Part shown: positions 61,383 through 64,000 of the stretch, piece by piece
Layout: each line of letters begins with the position of its first letter
How positions within the stretch are numbered: the stretch's first letter is position 1
Source: Cephaloticoccus sp.
GTDB taxonomy: Bacteria; Verrucomicrobiota; Verrucomicrobiia; Opitutales; Opitutaceae
Direction of reading: 5' to 3'
Assembly (NCBI GenBank): GCA_034669935.1
Contig: JAXMOJ010000016.1
Location: 4,588-68,587 of the forward strand
DNA: 64,000 nucleotides
The notes under the pieces: generated by a model
Database searches by the model: none
What the model was told of the DNA's origin: nothing
Seen by the model: the letters and a program-made list of their open reading frames with translations, nothing else
Position numbers and translations under genes: made by a program

Positions 61383-62545
61383 TTACTCGAACACTCTATT
61401 TAGAAGCTGCCGAACCCGGTAACAGTCAGCTGTTGAACAGTATTGGTTACCTCGATGACGGTCACACTCGTGTGGAAGTCCTCAAGACCTGCGCCGAAAG
61501 TGATAACTACCAAGGATGGCGACGAAGGATTTCACATGATAATGGCCGCACTTGGGACGATTCAGTCCCGCTGGAGGATGTCACACGTCAGCTACCGGAA
61601 GGAGGCGTTTTTGAATGCTCCCATGCCGCTAGAATAAATCCCGTGACCGGGGTGCCTTATCAAATCGTGATGAAGCGTATCTGGCCCGGTGGGAAGCTCT
61701 TCACCTTCAATTGGGAGACGAACGAACATCCGTTTCACGACCATGTGTTCATCCGTGAAGGCGATTCTGAGTTGCAGTGTTTACGGTATGAAGATGGCCC
61801 CGAATATAACCCTGAGCAGCAATTCGATCCGGACTTTGCTCAAAGGAACCGAGCCTATTTTGGTTGCGGGGTGAAATTCGATGCGGAGGGGCGCGTGTTT
61901 TTTCCGATGGTGTGTCAGCCGGATAATGCGAAACGGGGATCTTCCCAAGGTGGTGCGGTTCTGATGCGGCGTGAATTGAATGGGGAGTGGCACGCTTCGA
62001 ATCAGATCTTCATTTCACCGGAGATGTCATCGCGTGGTCTACTCGAACCTGATGTGGCGGTGCTCAAGGACGGCAGAATTCTCATGGTGTGTCGCGGTAG
62101 CAATACGGCGACGACTGCCGGGAGAAAATGGATGAGCATGAGCCATGATGGAGGGCAAACCCTCGAACCGATCCGCGAGCTTCGTTACAGCGATGGCACG
62201 CGTTTCTATTCGCCTTCCAGTATTCACCGTTTCATGCGCTCCACTCGCACCGGAGAGCTCTATTGGTTCGGGAACATTATTCCGAATCCTCCCGATGGGA
62301 ATTTACCGCGACACCCGCTGATTATGGCGCGATTCGATGAAGATAAGCTCGGCCTAATCCGTGAGAGTGTGGTCGTGGTCGATGACGTTGAAGAGGGTGA
62401 TCATCCCGATATCTGGTTTACGAATTTCCAGATCATTGAAGACCGTGAATCGCTTAATTTTGAACTTTATATGACCCGGGGGACGGCCAGTTTTGATCCC
62501 GATTGGAAGGCGTCTCTCTATCGCTACATTATCGAACCTACCTAA
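61379..62545 (+). CDS. Asp-box (BNR) repeat protein, sialidase-fold-like
   Basis: Asp-box motifs SHDNGRTW and SHDGGQTL (SxDxGxTW pattern). Overlaps the dprA stop (ATGA). Confidence 0.65.
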   Translation: MITRTLYLEAAEPGNSQLLNSIGYLDDGHTRVEVLKTCAESDNYQGWRRRISHDNGRTWDDSVPLEDVTRQLPEGGVFECSHAARINPVTGVPYQIVMKRIWPGGKLFTFNWETNEHPFHDHVFIREGDSELQCLRYEDGPEYNPEQQFDPDFAQRNRAYFGCGVKFDAEGRVFFPMVCQPDNAKRGSSQGGAVLMRRELNGEWHASNQIFISPEMSSRGLLEPDVAVLKDGRILMVCRGSNTATTAGRKWMSMSHDGGQTLEPIRELRYSDGTRFYSPSSIHRFMRSTRTGELYWFGNIIPNPPDGNLPRHPLIMARFDEDKLGLIRESVVVVDDVEEGDHPDIWFTNFQIIEDRESLNFELYMTRGTASFDPDWKASLYRYIIEPT

Positions 62546-62592
62546 ACCTGCTGAGCGATTCACGACTCTAGCTTTTATTCATTTCGCCTCTC

Positions 62593-64000
62593 ATGCCCAA
62601 ACAGTCGGTCCTCTTTCTAGTTGATACCCAAGGCACTTTCACGGTGGGCTGCTATGCGGGGAATCCCGCTTTGGGCACGCCAAACATCGATCGCTTGGCC
62701 GGCGAGGGGATGCGCTTCGATCGCGCCTACACATGTGCTCCGGTTTGTGGTCCGGCGCGTTCGGCGATTTTTACCGGACTTTATCCGCATACGAATGGCG
62801 TGCTGGGCAACGATATGGCACCGCACGCTGATCTGCCGACTCTGGGGCAACGCTTACAGGATGCCGGTTGCAAGACCGGCTACATCGGTAAATGGCATCT
62901 CGATGGTTCGGACTACTTCGGCGATGGACGCTGCCCTCCCGGGTGGGATCCCGAGTATTGGTTTGATGGACGCAACTATCTCGAATCCTTACCGGATGAG
63001 AAAGCGCAGTTACTTTCACGCGAGGTGCATGATGCGGAGTCGATTGCGAAACACGGGATCACCGCAGAATTCACACACGCCCATCGCACGGCGGAGAAAG
63101 CCCGTGCCTTTATCGAAGCTCATCGCGAGGAGGACTTTTTCCTCGTCGTCTCCATTGACGAACCGCATCACCCTTTTATCTGCCCGGAGCCGTTTGTGAG
63201 TGCCTTCGATGATTTCGAAATGGAGGTGCCCAATGCGGACGACGATTTAAGCACGAAACCACGGGTGCAGCAGGAATGGGCGCGACATGTGGCGAATCGC
63301 CGCGCGTTGGAAAAGCATGACGATAAATCCTGGCTCAAGCATCCGCGCTACTTTTCCTGCAACAGCTACAGTGATCACGAAGTGGGCCGTGTGATAGCGG
63401 CAATCGATCAGCATGCTCCCAATGCGCTCGTGGCTTACACCGCCGATCATGGTGATACGTTTGGTCACCACGGATTGGACAGCAAAGGCCCCGCGCTTTA
63501 TGAGGAGATCGCGAACATCCCGTTTATTATTCGGTGCCCTGAGATGATTGCGAGAGACTCGGTATCCTCACATCCCGTTTCGCATATCGATCTGGCTCCC
63601 ACAGTTTTGGATTTCTTCGGCGTAGAACCACCGCCGCTTTTGCATGGCAAGTCATTACTCGCGCAATGTCGCGATCCTCAGCAGCCGACGCATAAACACG
63701 TCTTTGTGGAGTTTAACCGCTTCGAGATCGATCACGATGGGTTTGGTGGCTTTGCCCCGATTCGCGCGGTGTGCACGGGACGTTTTAAACTGTCGATCAA
63801 CCTGATCGACACCGATGAGTTTTACGATTTGGAGAAAGATCCGTATGAACGACACAATGCGATCAACGATCCGGAATATGCAGAGATTCGCGACCGCTTG
63901 CATGATGAGATCATCGCCTGGATGGGCGAAACCCGAGATCCGATGCGCGGTCCGCATTGGGGACGTCGGGCATGGCGCACGATAGAGAAATCAAGCTGGG
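62593..64000 (+). CDS. Formylglycine-dependent sulfatase, 3'-truncated by the window edge
   Basis: My own translation of frame 1 from the ATG at 62593 shows no stop to nt 64000. LFLVDTQG......PNIDRLA.EGMRF...YT.APVCGPARSAIFTGLYPH.NG (CxPxR signature), GKWHL, TADHGD. Absent from the ORF track only because it is open-ended. Confidence 0.88.
   Translation, partial: MPKQSVLFLVDTQGTFTVGCYAGNPALGTPNIDRLAGEGMRFDRAYTCAPVCGPARSAIFTGLYPHTNGVLGNDMAPHADLPTLGQRLQDAGCKTGYIGKWHLDGSDYFGDGRCPPGWDPEYWFDGRNYLESLPDEKAQLLSREVHDAESIAKHGITAEFTHAHRTAEKARAFIEAHREEDFFLVVSIDEPHHPFICPEPFVSAFDDFEMEVPNADDDLSTKPRVQQEWARHVANRRALEKHDDKSWLKHPRYFSCNSYSDHEVGRVIAAIDQHAPNALVAYTADHGDTFGHHGLDSKGPALYEEIANIPFIIRCPEMIARDSVSSHPVSHIDLAPTVLDFFGVEPPPLLHGKSLLAQCRDPQQPTHKHVFVEFNRFEIDHDGFGGFAPIRAVCTGRFKLSINLIDTDEFYDLEKDPYERHNAINDPEYAEIRDRLHDEIIAWMGETRDPMRGPHWGRRAWRTIEKSSW

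Overview
This window is mostly conserved housekeeping genome. It looks like a PVC/Verrucomicrobiota-type polysaccharide degrader, inferred only from gene content: an HTCS-like regulator, GH29 fucosidase, Asp-box protein, sulfatase, and an r-protein cluster without L30.

Layout:
- nt 1-16.4 kb: a mixed set. It holds a 5'-truncated hybrid sensor kinase/REC/AraC protein, hslO, a pnuC plus nicotinamide-riboside-kinase pair, an MscS channel, tcdA, a TatD hydrolase, a SufE/CsdE-like protein, a GH29 alpha-L-fucosidase, a LemA plus M48 peptidase pair, and a TPR-ExbB-ExbD-(TonB/TolA-like) cluster.
- nt 16.4-48.5 kb: the translation/transcription supercluster, all on the + strand. Order: tRNA-Thr, tuf, tRNA-Trp, secE, nusG, rplKAJL, rpoBC, rpsLG, fusA, rpsJ through rplO, secY, an adk-position gene, map, rpsMKD, rpoA, rplQ.
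- nt 48.5-64 kb: guaA, hisDCBH, gltA, pdxJ-acpS-nnr-dprA, an Asp-box (BNR) protein, and a sulfatase that runs off the 3' edge. The sulfatase is missing from the supplied ORF track because it has no stop codon in the window.

I see no CRISPR array, transposase, integrase, prophage or recognisable defence/toxin module, and no convincing novel multi-gene system.

Items most worth a second look:
1. A short, intact, translationally coupled adenylate-kinase-like ORF in the adk slot that lacks the P-loop, a catalytic Arg and the LID.
2. Four GTAACC-N5-GGTTAC palindromes bracketing the tatD gene, which sits between tcdA and a csdE/sufE-like gene.
3. A roughly 35-nt motif shared by two minus-strand intergenic spacers.
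4. A SecY with an extra C-terminal hydrophobic helix.
5. A 470-nt non-coding gap after rpoC with two tandem terminators.

The ORF track uses the longest ORFs and includes GTG/TTG starts, so I trimmed several starts. All functional calls come from motif recognition by eye; no searches were run.
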